Below are positions 55,273-64,000 of a stretch of 64,000 nucleotides of DNA, piece after piece. A program made the translations under genes and the position numbers. Source of the DNA: Thermoplasmata archaeon (lineage in GTDB: Archaea > Thermoplasmatota > Thermoplasmata > Lutacidiplasmatales > UBA184). The stretch is taken from positions 10,041 through 74,040 of the forward strand of contig JASHPV010000007.1 in assembly GCA_030037875.1 (NCBI GenBank), written 5' to 3'. The notes below the pieces were generated by a model, which was not told the DNA's origin, searched no databases, and saw only the letters and a program-made list of their open reading frames with translations. Position 1 is the first letter of the stretch. Every line of letters starts with the position of its first letter.

Positions 55273-55380
55273 TTACTGCTTTCGCATCTTCTGGGCGCGC
55301 TTCCGTCGGCGCATCCGCTTCTTGCGCCACTTCCAGCGCATGTGGCCGCGCTTCTTCCAGACCCGGGAACTCCGTTTCAT
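55273..55380 (-). CDS. rpl41e: Ribosomal protein eL41 (35 aa), absent from the ORF track
   Basis: Manual minus-strand translation gives [35 protein letters not shown]. Core [14 protein letters not shown]...MR closely matches eukaryotic/archaeal eL41 ([25 protein letters not shown]). Confidence 0.65.
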   Translation of the reverse strand: MKRSSRVWKKRGHMRWKWRKKRMRRRKRAQKMRKQ

Positions 55381-55520
55381 CCAGTTCGCGCTCGAGGACG
55401 AGGCGGGGTATTCCCCTCCGTTTATAACCGCTCCGCCGATGAAGCACCGTCAGACGGCGTCCCCATTCATCTCCCCGTCGCCGGGCCCCGGATTAAGTAC
55501 GGACCACCCGTGCGGCCTAC

Positions 55521-55940
55521 GTGGTCGACGACGAGATCCTGTCCCTGAGCGTTTTGCAGTTCGCGGGGAAAAGCTTCGACTACGAGTCGACCGTGAGCGT
55601 CGGCGGCACGGAGTACGCCGTCTTTGCCCGCACCGAAACCGAGACCGAGGCGAAGCTCCGGCCCGAGCTCGTCCGGATGCGGGTGGTGGTTCCTCGCGAC
55701 TGGGTGGAATACGAGGAGGCCTCGGACACGCTCCAGCTCGTGGCGCCGGGGGGAACGGCCGGGCCGTCCCGACGGCGTGCGGCGGGCGCGACGATGCTCG
55801 AGCCCGAGGAGTTCCGGGACCAGGGCATTGAGTGGCACCGCCTGACCCTCGCGGAGAAGCACCGCCTCTACGTGCCGAAGCGAGAGGAGGCCCGGCTCCT
55901 GTCGACCGAGGGCCGAACCGCCCTCGGCATTCCCTCCTGA
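55521..55940 (+). CDS. Hypothetical acidic protein
   Basis: GTG-start 139-aa ORF with non-repetitive composition (VVDDEILSLSVLQFAGKSFDYESTVSVGGTEYAVFAR...). No recognisable domain. Confidence 0.35.
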   Translation: MVDDEILSLSVLQFAGKSFDYESTVSVGGTEYAVFARTETETEAKLRPELVRMRVVVPRDWVEYEEASDTLQLVAPGGTAGPSRRRAAGATMLEPEEFRDQGIEWHRLTLAEKHRLYVPKREEARLLSTEGRTALGIPS

Positions 55941-55952
55941 CCCCGCGCGTTC

Positions 55953-57086
55953 CTACAGCACGTTCATCTCGCCGAGCTTCTCGGGCAGGTACGTCTCGGT
56001 GACGTAGTTGAGGCCGTACTTTGCCAGGGACTGCTGTTCGGCCTTCTTTCCGTTCTTGAGCATCAGGTCGATCTCGCTCCGCCAATCGGCGGTCCCGAAC
56101 CGAGGGTCCGACTGCATCGCGTGGAGCGCCTTCGTGTCCTGCTCGGTGAGCGTGTCCGAGGGAAGCTCGTAGTTCTCGATGTCGGAGGCCGTCACGCCCA
56201 GGAATTCGGCGCCCGGGGTGGCCAGGTAGTGAGAAATGTGGGCGGTCTTGATGGCGCCGTAGGCGACCGAGGCGAAGATCCGGAACGACCAGGGGTCGCC
56301 GTCCGTGAAGACGACGACGGGAAGCTGGAGCTCCTCGTTGAGCCGCTTGAGGAAGCGGCGTGTCGACCGGGCGGGCTGGCCCTTGAGATGGACGAGGAGC
56401 GCGTCCTGGTCCTCGTCGAAGCCGTTCTCCGCCAGGCGGTCGACCATGCCGCCGCATTCGATGGCCAGGACGAACTTGGCGCCGCACGCGTTGAACTTGA
56501 TCTTCTCCTTCTCGACGTTGAACGGGAGCGCGTACCCGCCGTCCCCTACGTCGTCGCGGCAGTTGATCTTCTTGACCACGCCCTTGCGATTGGTCTCCTG
56601 GATGGTGAGGTCGCCGATCACCGAAGCGCCGTTCTCCTCGGGATGGAGCCGGAAGTCCTCCCTAAGGCGCGTGCAGAGCACCTCCAAGTCCTCGATCAAG
56701 AGGTTCGATTCGTCCTCGCTGTGGAACTTCGCGTCCTTCCACTGTTCCGAGATGTAGTACAGCTCCCGGAGCGTCGAGGTCTTTCGGTCCCGGGCCATCT
56801 CATGGATGAAATCGACCAGGTAGAAGGTGCGGAGCAGCATGAGCGCGCCATCGAGCTTGCGGGCCGACCGGGTGCCCGTACTGCGGCCGAGACGCCAGAC
56901 CCCCTCCTTGAGCTGGAACTGGATGTTCTGCTTGGTGCGGAGAGGCAGGCGCATCCGGGGGACCTCGCCCTTGGTCAGCTGGGCGTAGATCTGAGCGGCG
57001 AGCTCGAAGGTCGGCGCAAGAGCATCGAGGCGGGCCTCGGGCTCGTCAGTCGTCTTCTTCGAGCTCGGCGGCCTTTTCGGCGCCAT
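55953..57086 (-). CDS. top6A: DNA topoisomerase VI subunit A (Spo11-like)
   Basis: Internal ATG 57086 (MAPKRPPSS...). Winged-helix plus Toprim, with catalytic-Tyr region [10 protein letters not shown]...LRELYYIS and DxD Toprim. Confidence 0.9.
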   Translation of the reverse strand: MAPKRPPSSKKTTDEPEARLDALAPTFELAAQIYAQLTKGEVPRMRLPLRTKQNIQFQLKEGVWRLGRSTGTRSARKLDGALMLLRTFYLVDFIHEMARDRKTSTLRELYYISEQWKDAKFHSEDESNLLIEDLEVLCTRLREDFRLHPEENGASVIGDLTIQETNRKGVVKKINCRDDVGDGGYALPFNVEKEKIKFNACGAKFVLAIECGGMVDRLAENGFDEDQDALLVHLKGQPARSTRRFLKRLNEELQLPVVVFTDGDPWSFRIFASVAYGAIKTAHISHYLATPGAEFLGVTASDIENYELPSDTLTEQDTKALHAMQSDPRFGTADWRSEIDLMLKNGKKAEQQSLAKYGLNYVTETYLPEKLGEMNVL

Positions 57087-59073
57087 CGTAGTCCACCTCC
57101 GGTTCCTCCGTCGTACCCGGCGCGACCACCCCGACGAGCTCCGCCGCCTCGGCGGCCTCGACGACCTGACGGGGCAAGCGAACGTCCCAGTCCCCCGGCA
57201 ACGCGTCCGCACCGAGAAGGTGGGACTCGTCCACCCCGGCGATGTACCAATCGAAATCGGAGGCGTCGCCGTCGTGGCCCTTCGGCCAGCGGAGTCGAAG
57301 CTCGGTCTTTCCGTTGGGAGAGAGCTTTGGAAGGGTCCACCACATCCGGCCGAGCCCGACATCTACGCCGTCGGGAGGTGGGACCGGAGCGAGCTGGCCG
57401 GCCAGTTCGCTCGGCATTTCCGCGAAGACCTCGAGGACTCGTGCGCGCGGCGTGTAGTTGGTGATGGTCACGTCCAGTCCGGTGTCCTTCTCGGGGGAGG
57501 CGGTCTCCAGGGTGACCACGTTCATGATCTCGGTGATCACGGGTGTGAGGTCGGGCACCGGCTTGCCCACAAGGTGGCTGGATTTTTCGGCGATCTGGGG
57601 AAGGATCCGACGGATGATCGTGAACTTCTCCGACGCGTACTCCCGCCGGATCTGACGGGAGATATGCGACTTCAGGTGGCGCGCCACCGCCTGGAGCGCC
57701 AGCTGGAGCTCCTTGAGGATCTCAGGGTCCTCGGCGACCGCCTCTTTTGACTCGCTCGTGAACGGGATGCGGGTCGAGGCGATGTGGACTAGCAGGATGC
57801 AGGGTCCCGCCGGCAGTCCTTGGCCGCCCCGCTGGTCGAGCCCGTAGCGGCGCCAATCGACCGACTCGACCGCCGCGGTGATCGCGCAGGCTCCCTGCTG
57901 GAAGAGCAGCGGGACCCGGTTCGCAAAGCGGAGGAGTTGCACGGGCTGGTCGGGCGGCAGCGATCCTCCGTAGACGAGGCCCACCTCGACGAGGAACGGC
58001 GAACCGCCCCGGATCTTCGGGGGCCGGCTGACGGGCGGGGCATAGAAGTCCGGCCGAAGTTCGCCGAGGACGTTGCGCAGTCCGCGCTTGATGAGGACCG
58101 AACCGATCGGGGAGAGCGATTCCGCGGAGGGAGGGAGCAGCGTGACCGAATGAAGCGCAGAGAGGAGCGACTCCAGCTCGGGCCCGTGGACCGTCCCCGG
58201 GTCCTCCTTTCCCGTCAGCCCGGCCTTTGCGAGGATCTCCTTCAGCGCCCGTGGGGTCACCCCGGCGAGCCGTCGGGGGAGCGCCTCGGAGAGCTGCTTC
58301 TCCTTGGCCTGCTTCAGGATCGCGTTGAGCTCCCCCAGTTCGAGGCCGTACGGATGCGGGAGCACTTCCTTGGAGACCGGAGGCACCTCCGACGAGGCGC
58401 GTTCGAAGGTGATGCGCGTACCATCGGGTTCGACCAGAACCAGCCGGGCGTGGGGATTCACGATCGCGGTCCCCCGGAGGTATTCGAGGGGAGACTGACG
58501 TCCTCGGACGTACTTCGCTTTCAGGACGAGGTCGACCCGGGTACCGTGCGGGCGATCCCAGAGCTCGAGGGCCTCGCTCACGACCTTCGGGAGGTTCCGC
58601 TGAGTATCGACCAGGATCTCGAGGACGTGCGCGGCTTCTTCTTCTTCGACCCTCGAGGTCACCTTGACGGGACGGGCGGTCGTGAGCCCCGCGTACAGGA
58701 CCGCGGCGGAGATGCCGATGCCCTGCTGGCCGCGGGATTGGCGATGCGCGTGGAAACGGGACCCGTACAGGAGCCGGCCGAAGACGTTCGGAAGTTCGCG
58801 CTTGAGAATGCCCGGACCATTGTCGGAGACGACGATACGGTACCGGTCGGGGCCCGATTCGTCCTTGGAGATTTCGACCGATACGTCGGGAAGGACGCCG
58901 GCCTCTTCGCAGGCATCGAGCGCGTTGTCGACGGACTCCTTCACCGCGGTGAGAAGGGCCCGCTGCGGATTGTCGAAACCGAGGATCTGGCGGTTCCGTT
59001 CGAAGAATTCCGCGACGGAGATTTCTCGCTGTTTCGAGGCGAGTTGCTCGGCGAGCGTGGCGGTCCGACCCAT
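57046..59073 (-). CDS. top6B: DNA topoisomerase VI subunit B (GHKL ATPase)
   Basis: Bergerat fold motifs ([16 protein letters not shown]). 675 aa. 3' end overlaps the top6A start by 41 nt. Confidence 0.9.
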   Translation of the reverse strand: MGRTATLAEQLASKQREISVAEFFERNRQILGFDNPQRALLTAVKESVDNALDACEEAGVLPDVSVEISKDESGPDRYRIVVSDNGPGILKRELPNVFGRLLYGSRFHAHRQSRGQQGIGISAAVLYAGLTTARPVKVTSRVEEEEAAHVLEILVDTQRNLPKVVSEALELWDRPHGTRVDLVLKAKYVRGRQSPLEYLRGTAIVNPHARLVLVEPDGTRITFERASSEVPPVSKEVLPHPYGLELGELNAILKQAKEKQLSEALPRRLAGVTPRALKEILAKAGLTGKEDPGTVHGPELESLLSALHSVTLLPPSAESLSPIGSVLIKRGLRNVLGELRPDFYAPPVSRPPKIRGGSPFLVEVGLVYGGSLPPDQPVQLLRFANRVPLLFQQGACAITAAVESVDWRRYGLDQRGGQGLPAGPCILLVHIASTRIPFTSESKEAVAEDPEILKELQLALQAVARHLKSHISRQIRREYASEKFTIIRRILPQIAEKSSHLVGKPVPDLTPVITEIMNVVTLETASPEKDTGLDVTITNYTPRARVLEVFAEMPSELAGQLAPVPPPDGVDVGLGRMWWTLPKLSPNGKTELRLRWPKGHDGDASDFDWYIAGVDESHLLGADALPGDWDVRLPRQVVEAAEAAELVGVVAPGTTEEPEVDYDGAEKAAELEEDD

Positions 59074-59162
59074 CGGCCGGCGTCGGTCCTCGCCGGGCTA
59101 TAAGCGCTGAGTTGGAGTCGCGGGGGTGAACGATGCGGGCCGTCCGGCGATGAACTGGGGCG

Positions 59163-59954
59163 CTAGGCGCTCACGTCCCGGAGGACGGGCCGGAACGGTC
59201 GCCACCGGGGTACCTCGTCGAGGTCGATCACGACCAGTTCGAGACGCTCTTCGGGCGCTCCGCCAGCGAGCCGGAGCGATTGGGTCGCCAGGGGTTCTCC
59301 CCGGGAATCCCATGCGCCAGAGCCGCCGCCGAACACCAGTCCGTCTTCCACGCCGACTCGGTTCACGTAGACCAGCGGACAGGCGTTCTCGACGGCGCGC
59401 GCGGGGAGCACTTTCTCGAAAAGATTCTTCGAAGTGATGGGGGCCGCCGAGAGGACGACCAGCATGACCGCGGACCGGAGCGCCAGGTCTCGGGACACCT
59501 CGGGGAAAAAGGCATCGTAGCAGATCTCCACTCCGAGCCGATGCTTCCCCAAGGTCAGAGGAACGCTCGCGTCCGTCGGAGTGTAGATGCTGGCCTCCTC
59601 GAACGGTCCGAAGTTGGGCAGGTATCGCTTGACCTGGACCTGGATCGGGCCCTCGGGGCTGGCCAGAAGGGCCGCATTATGCACTTCGCCCGGTCGATCG
59701 CTCGACCGCCACGGGGCCCCGACGAGAATCCCGGCGTGGCGTTCCCGGGCCAGTGCCTCGATCCCCTCGATCGAGTGATCGCCGGCCACGAGCGCCATGC
59801 GGTGGACTCGGTCGCCGGGGGCGTAGCCGAAGAGGTACAGCTCCGGAAAGACGTAGAGGTCGGCGGGATGGGCGCGAACGACCTCGGCGAGCCGGCCGAG
59901 ATTCGCCTCGAGGTCGCCTCGGCGGGGCGCGAGCTGGGCGAGCAGTACGTGCAT
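59163..59954 (-). CDS. Carbon-nitrogen hydrolase (nitrilase superfamily)
   Basis: Internal ATG 59954 (MHVLLAQLAP...). E-K-C triad context (VFPELYLFGY, KRYLPNFG, VEICYDAFFPE). Confidence 0.85.
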   Translation of the reverse strand: MHVLLAQLAPRRGDLEANLGRLAEVVRAHPADLYVFPELYLFGYAPGDRVHRMALVAGDHSIEGIEALARERHAGILVGAPWRSSDRPGEVHNAALLASPEGPIQVQVKRYLPNFGPFEEASIYTPTDASVPLTLGKHRLGVEICYDAFFPEVSRDLALRSAVMLVVLSAAPITSKNLFEKVLPARAVENACPLVYVNRVGVEDGLVFGGGSGAWDSRGEPLATQSLRLAGGAPEERLELVVIDLDEVPRWRPFRPVLRDVSA

Positions 59955-60424
59955 CAATAGAAGTGATGACGCACCGCGATGAGATAGATGAAGACGACGA
60001 GGACGATCACGAAGAGATACGTGATGGAATCCGTGAAGAACAGGTAGGCGAGGCCCAGGAACAGGAAGCCGACCATCAGATAGAACGCCCAGACCTCCTG
60101 ATGCCACAGGGCCGACGAGAGCAGGGCAATCACCGTTCCCAGAATGACGAGGACGGTCGCCCCGATGGGGTCTCCCACGTGGAAGATCACGAGCGATGAC
60201 GGAACGAGCAGGCTCCCGTAGTACGCGAGGACGAAGAGGATCCCCGAGACGATCAGCAGCACCCCGAGAGCGGCGGTCACGAACGCGAGGATGGCGACCC
60301 CGATCGGAAGGCTCGGCGGAGGCAGCTGTCGTTCCCAGATCGGCGGAAGGTGCTGCACGGTCGGCGGCCCATCGTCATCGTCCGGATCGGCGGCCGCGGC
60401 CGGTCGCGCCATTTGACGAGCCAC
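59954..60424 (-). CDS. Hypothetical membrane protein (4 TM), lower-GC codon usage
   Basis: Asp-rich N-terminus, then hydrophobic helices. ATGA overlap with the nitrilase start. Confidence 0.5.
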   Translation of the reverse strand: MARQMARPAAAADPDDDDGPPTVQHLPPIWERQLPPPSLPIGVAILAFVTAALGVLLIVSGILFVLAYYGSLLVPSSLVIFHVGDPIGATVLVILGTVIALLSSALWHQEVWAFYLMVGFLFLGLAYLFFTDSITYLFVIVLVVFIYLIAVRHHFY

Positions 60425-60497
60425 GAGGTCCTCGCACCGAGGTGCGAGGGCAAAACGGTCGGGGACCTATCAAGTAGGTTTCGCTCGAGTGGCGTGC

Positions 60498-61556
60498 TCA
60501 GTAGCGGCGCGAAGCGGCCGCGCGTGCGAGGCGCTCGAGGAGCGAGCGATAGGGTCCCACTGGCAGGGGCGCGAGGGCGCGGATCGCGGTGGCGGCCCAA
60601 TGGTGTCCCTCGGCCTCGACGAGCGCGGGGGCGGGCGTTTGGTCGGTCAACGTGCGCAGCTTGAGGAGCTCCCGGGGCCGCTTTTCCCGCCGGGCGAACA
60701 GGCGCTCGTACTCGAGCTTCGCGCGACCCTCGAGGTGTTGATACGCCTCGATCGACAGCAGGGTGGGGTTCCCCTCGCGGAAGTCGGCGTAGAGCGGCTT
60801 TCCGAGCAGGTCCGGTTCCCCGTATGCGTCCAGCAGGTCGTCGCGCAGCTGGAACGCGATGCCGACGGCCCTCCCGTAGGCCGCCAGCGCCTCCACGACG
60901 GGCGCCGGCGAGCCCGCAATGTCTCCCACGCTCGCCAGCGCCGCCGACACGATGGTGGCGGTCTTCCGCGTGACGATGCGGAGGTACTGGTCCCGGCCAA
61001 CGGTCAGGTCAAAGCGTCCCGATTCCTGGAGCACCTCGCCCTCCGCCAGGTTCGCGCAGGCTTCCCCGCATCGGAGGATGATCGATTGGGGATATTCCGA
61101 CGCGAGCTCGAAGGCCCGTACGTACAGGTAATCCCCGGCGACGATCGCCGACGGCAGTCCAAAGGCCCGCAGGACGGACGGCCGCCCGCGGCGCTGGTCG
61201 GCGTGGTCGATCACGTCGTCGTGGATCAGCGAGGCGGTGTGGATCAACTGGAATGCCGCGGCGAGGGCATGCACGGGTTTCGTCGAGGTGGCGCCGAGGG
61301 CCCGGTGGGCGGCCGCCATGAGCAAGGGCCGAAGCCGCTTGCCCCCGGTGGTGCACGCGTACAGCACCGCCTCGGTGAGCGGGGGATAGTCCGAGGGGAG
61401 GACGCTCCGGAGCCGTTCCTCGATCCCGCTGAGGTCCTCGGCGAGCTCAGGCAGCAGGCCGCCTAGCTCGAAAAACGCCTCGGCGCCGAACGCCCGGCTG
61501 ACCAGGACCTCCAGCGGCACCTCGGGGGCCAGCGTCGCGTCGGCGGGGCTCGTCAC
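60498..61556 (-). CDS. idsA: Polyprenyl (geranylgeranyl) diphosphate synthase
   Basis: FARM IHDDVID and [13 protein letters not shown]. Proposed GTG start 61556 (GTGA overlap with the GGR stop); track start 61586 is also GTG. Confidence 0.85.
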   Translation of the reverse strand: MTSPADATLAPEVPLEVLVSRAFGAEAFFELGGLLPELAEDLSGIEERLRSVLPSDYPPLTEAVLYACTTGGKRLRPLLMAAAHRALGATSTKPVHALAAAFQLIHTASLIHDDVIDHADQRRGRPSVLRAFGLPSAIVAGDYLYVRAFELASEYPQSIILRCGEACANLAEGEVLQESGRFDLTVGRDQYLRIVTRKTATIVSAALASVGDIAGSPAPVVEALAAYGRAVGIAFQLRDDLLDAYGEPDLLGKPLYADFREGNPTLLSIEAYQHLEGRAKLEYERLFARREKRPRELLKLRTLTDQTPAPALVEAEGHHWAATAIRALAPLPVGPYRSLLERLARAAASRRY

Positions 61557-62656
61557 GAGCTCACCCACCCCAGGCGCGGGGGCCACCGTAGGCGCATCAT
61601 GGCATCGAGACCCGGCCCCCCAATATATCTCATTCCCGCGGCGACGAGCACGTCGTGCTCGATGAAACGGTCCATAAATCGCTTAATACGGTACGCCCGC
61701 GCCAGCGGCTCGGCAAGGTGAGCCCGCCAGAGCCGGTCATACTCCGCCAGCGGAACCCCGTCGCCGACATGCCGGGCGGCCGCCACGCCGGCATCCCGTC
61801 CGGACAGTACGGCGGTCGGGATCCCTCCGCCATTGGTCGCCATGACGAGATTGGCGGCGTCGCCAGCAAAGATCGCGCGTCCGCTCACGGCGCTGGTCGG
61901 GGGCGGGCCGAGCGGGACCCACCATCGGGTCCGGTCGGAGACGGCGCCCCACTCCTCTCGGCCGACGAACTGGTTGAGCAGGCCGTCGAGTCCGCGGCCG
62001 TTCGGGATGCGAGAAACCCCTAGGCCCACGTTCGCGTCGTGAGCACGTGGGAACCTCCAGGCGTAACCCCCGGGCGCGAGCCGACCGAAGAAGAGCTCGA
62101 TATCCGGGGAAGGGTCACTGGCAACGGTCGCGGTGATCATCCGGAACATTTCGCGGTACGGGGAGAATCCGACGCTGCGACCGACGGTCGAGAGCGGGCC
62201 GTCGGCTCCCACGATCACGCGCGCCTGCACTCGTTCCCCGCCCGCGAACTCGACCACGTCGTCCTGCACCCGGGTGACGCCACGGGGAAAGCGGAGCTCC
62301 GCGCCTTCCCCTTCCGCGTCCAGCGCGAGTCGTTTGTCGTAGGCTCTCCGGGACACCACGTACCCGGCGAGCGGGGAACGGAACCGGTGTCCATATGGTG
62401 AAACGCACACGAGCGTACGTGTCTCTTGCAAGATCGTCTCCGAGGGAACCTCGTACGCCTCCCGGATGATCTCGGGGCAGGGGAACAGATCGGCGAGCTC
62501 GTTCGGGGCGGGCAGGAACTCCCCGCATTGGACGGGCTGACCGAGCTCGGGCCGCTGGTCGACCAGAAGCGTACGGGCCCCGCCCCGGGCGGCGAACCGG
62601 GCGGCGGTGGAGCCGGCCGGCCCGCTTCCGACCACCACGACGTCGAAGCGCTCCAC
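61553..62656 (-). CDS. Geranylgeranyl reductase family (digeranylgeranylglycerophospholipid reductase-like), FAD-dependent
   Basis: N-terminal [14 protein letters not shown] Rossmann. ~367 aa. Tandem with GGPP synthase. Confidence 0.9.
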   Translation of the reverse strand: MERFDVVVVGSGPAGSTAARFAARGGARTLLVDQRPELGQPVQCGEFLPAPNELADLFPCPEIIREAYEVPSETILQETRTLVCVSPYGHRFRSPLAGYVVSRRAYDKRLALDAEGEGAELRFPRGVTRVQDDVVEFAGGERVQARVIVGADGPLSTVGRSVGFSPYREMFRMITATVASDPSPDIELFFGRLAPGGYAWRFPRAHDANVGLGVSRIPNGRGLDGLLNQFVGREEWGAVSDRTRWWVPLGPPPTSAVSGRAIFAGDAANLVMATNGGGIPTAVLSGRDAGVAAARHVGDGVPLAEYDRLWRAHLAEPLARAYRIKRFMDRFIEHDVLVAAGMRYIGGPGLDAMMRLRWPPRLGWVSS

Positions 62657-62677
62657 GTCCCGCCACGCCGCCGGAGC

Positions 62678-64000
62678 TTAAAGGACCTGAAGCAGGTGGT
62701 TGACGGCCATCTGGAAGCTCGCGAGGACCGGTTGCGGGTACACCCCGAAGGCGAAGATGATCGCCACGGCCACGCCGATCGCGGCGGCGCGTCCGTAGCC
62801 GATGCCCCCGACACCGAGCAGGGGTGGGTCGGACCCGCCGGCCACCGCGCCGGCGGGGATGGGCACCACCACCGCCTCACCCTTCTCCATGTACATGACC
62901 CGTAGGACCCGGGCGTAGTAGAACACCGAGAGCGCGCTGTTGAGCAGCCCCGCGACCGCGAGCCAGACGAACCAGCCCTGCGCCTGAACGGCCGCGGAAA
63001 AGAGCACGAACTTCGCCACGAACCCGACCGTCAAGGGGATGCCGGCGAGCGACAGGAGCATCACGGCGAAGGAGGCGCCTAGGAAGGGGAAGCGGAGGCC
63101 CACTCCCTTCCAGTCCGTGATCCGGCTGCCGACGCCGAGCCCCGCGACGGCCCCCACGACGATGAACGCGCCGGCCTTCATGAAGATGTGAGCGAAGATC
63201 AGGAGCACGGCGCCCGCGACGGCCGGGGACGTGGCCACGGCGAGGCCGATGAGCATGTAGCCGGCCTGGGAGATGCTCGAGTAGGCGAGCATCCGCTTCA
63301 TCTCCGTTTGCTGGAGCGCGAGGACGTTCCCGACCGTCATCGTCACGACGGCCATCACCCCAAACACGACCTGCAGGGGAAGGCCGAAGTGGACGATCAG
63401 GACATGGAACCCCACGGGAATAGGGGGGAGGCCGGGGGGTGCGCGCCCTGAGAGGAGGATGGGCACGAGGAAGACCAAGAAGTAGCCGAAAAGGCCCACT
63501 TTTTTGCTGCCGCCGGCGAGAAACGCCGAGACATCGGAGGGGGCTCCGTCGTAGACGTCCACCGCCCACGCATGGAACGGAACGACCGTGACCTTGAACC
63601 CGATGCCGACGACGAGGAAGCCGTACCCCAACAGCGCGATCGAGGTCGCGCCGAGAAGCGGGGGCGGAAAATGGGTGTTGTAGAGTATCGGTCCGCCGAG
63701 GGTCGCGAGGCTCGTGGTCCCGTAGACTGAAAAGAGCAGCGAGGCGCCAAAGAACGAGAGCGCCGCCGAAAGGGCGCCGATGATGTACATCTTCATCGCC
63801 GCCTCGAGGCCGCGCGGGTCCCGTCGAGTGTAACCCACGAGCAGGTACGTCGAGATGCCGGTGATCTCGATCGACAAGAGGAGAAAGATCAGGTCCGCCG
63901 AGAAGGCGGCCAGGGTCATCCCCAGCGTCGCGATCAGGAGGAGGCCGAAGAAGATCGCGGCACCCTTTTGGTCGGAAGGATGCGACAGGGACGCCAGAGA
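62678..64000 (-). CDS. nuoN: Complex I subunit N / Mrp-antiporter-like membrane subunit (NuoN family), 5' end beyond window
   Basis: Polytopic protein with NuoN/ND2 motifs (AFSADLIFLLLSIEITGISTYLLVGY, HAWAVDVYDGAP). Reading frame continues in frame past 63919 to the window edge. Confidence 0.85.
   Translation of the reverse strand, partial: SLASLSHPSDQKGAAIFFGLLLIATLGMTLAAFSADLIFLLLSIEITGISTYLLVGYTRRDPRGLEAAMKMYIIGALSAALSFFGASLLFSVYGTTSLATLGGPILYNTHFPPPLLGATSIALLGYGFLVVGIGFKVTVVPFHAWAVDVYDGAPSDVSAFLAGGSKKVGLFGYFLVFLVPILLSGRAPPGLPPIPVGFHVLIVHFGLPLQVVFGVMAVVTMTVGNVLALQQTEMKRMLAYSSISQAGYMLIGLAVATSPAVAGAVLLIFAHIFMKAGAFIVVGAVAGLGVGSRITDWKGVGLRFPFLGASFAVMLLSLAGIPLTVGFVAKFVLFSAAVQAQGWFVWLAVAGLLNSALSVFYYARVLRVMYMEKGEAVVVPIPAGAVAGGSDPPLLGVGGIGYGRAAAIGVAVAIIFAFGVYPQPVLASFQMAVNHLLQVL

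Noticed and set aside
1-64000. CRISPR arrays, transposases/IS elements, integrases
   Set aside because: No regularly spaced repeats and no transposase or integrase-like ORFs were recognised. The only mobile-element-like signal is the 15-bp direct-repeat pair around 20.2-21.2 kb, which lacks an integrase.

Overview
High-GC archaeal chromosomal window, roughly two-thirds G+C by eye, densely coding on both strands. Many adjacent genes share 4-nt ATGA/GTGA start-stop overlaps. The proteome is not acidic, so this is not a haloarchaeon. dnaK is present, so an euryarchaeal or Thermoplasmatota-like lineage is a guess only.

Recognisable content, in order:
- Minus-strand ribosomal-protein operon uL3-uL4-uL23-uL2-uS19-uL22-uS3-uL29-Rnp1 (48..5000), followed by ilvA.
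- An intron-containing tRNA-Arg(TCT).
- A mevalonate operon (HMG-CoA synthase, thiolase, DUF35) extended by DUF835, a GT4 glycosyltransferase and a wHTH/Zn-ribbon protein.
- Cysteine desulfurase (SufS-like), an M20 amidohydrolase, dnaK, citrate synthase, and SmAP-RbkR-(radical SAM-like)-nadE.
- A TPD/CDIN1-like nuclease, hisS, tiaS, and two-subunit 2-oxoacid:ferredoxin oxidoreductase (korAB).
- leuA-leuC-leuD-leuB followed by a second thiolase/DUF35 pair.
- A 2186-aa AglB oligosaccharyltransferase plus several sequon-rich, C-terminally anchored surface proteins.
- Zn-ribbon/aEF-1beta, HAD hydrolase, coaBC, marC, sucCD, a tiny eL41 gene, topoisomerase VI A/B, nitrilase, GGPP synthase, geranylgeranyl reductase, and a 5'-truncated nuoN at the window edge.

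Most notable observations:
- The tRNA-Arg carries a 35-nt intron in the T-loop.
- AglB is giant, and an in-frame signal-peptide protein begins directly after its TGA with no start codon.
- A ~1 kb low-GC islet is flanked by 15-bp direct repeats.
- Three conserved genes (tiaS, DUF99, the post-AglB protein) lack canonical start codons.
- A tRNA-like but unfoldable intergenic region lies near 49.9 kb.

The ORF track calls GTG/TTG starts as M. Many long antisense ORFs are GC artefacts and were rejected.
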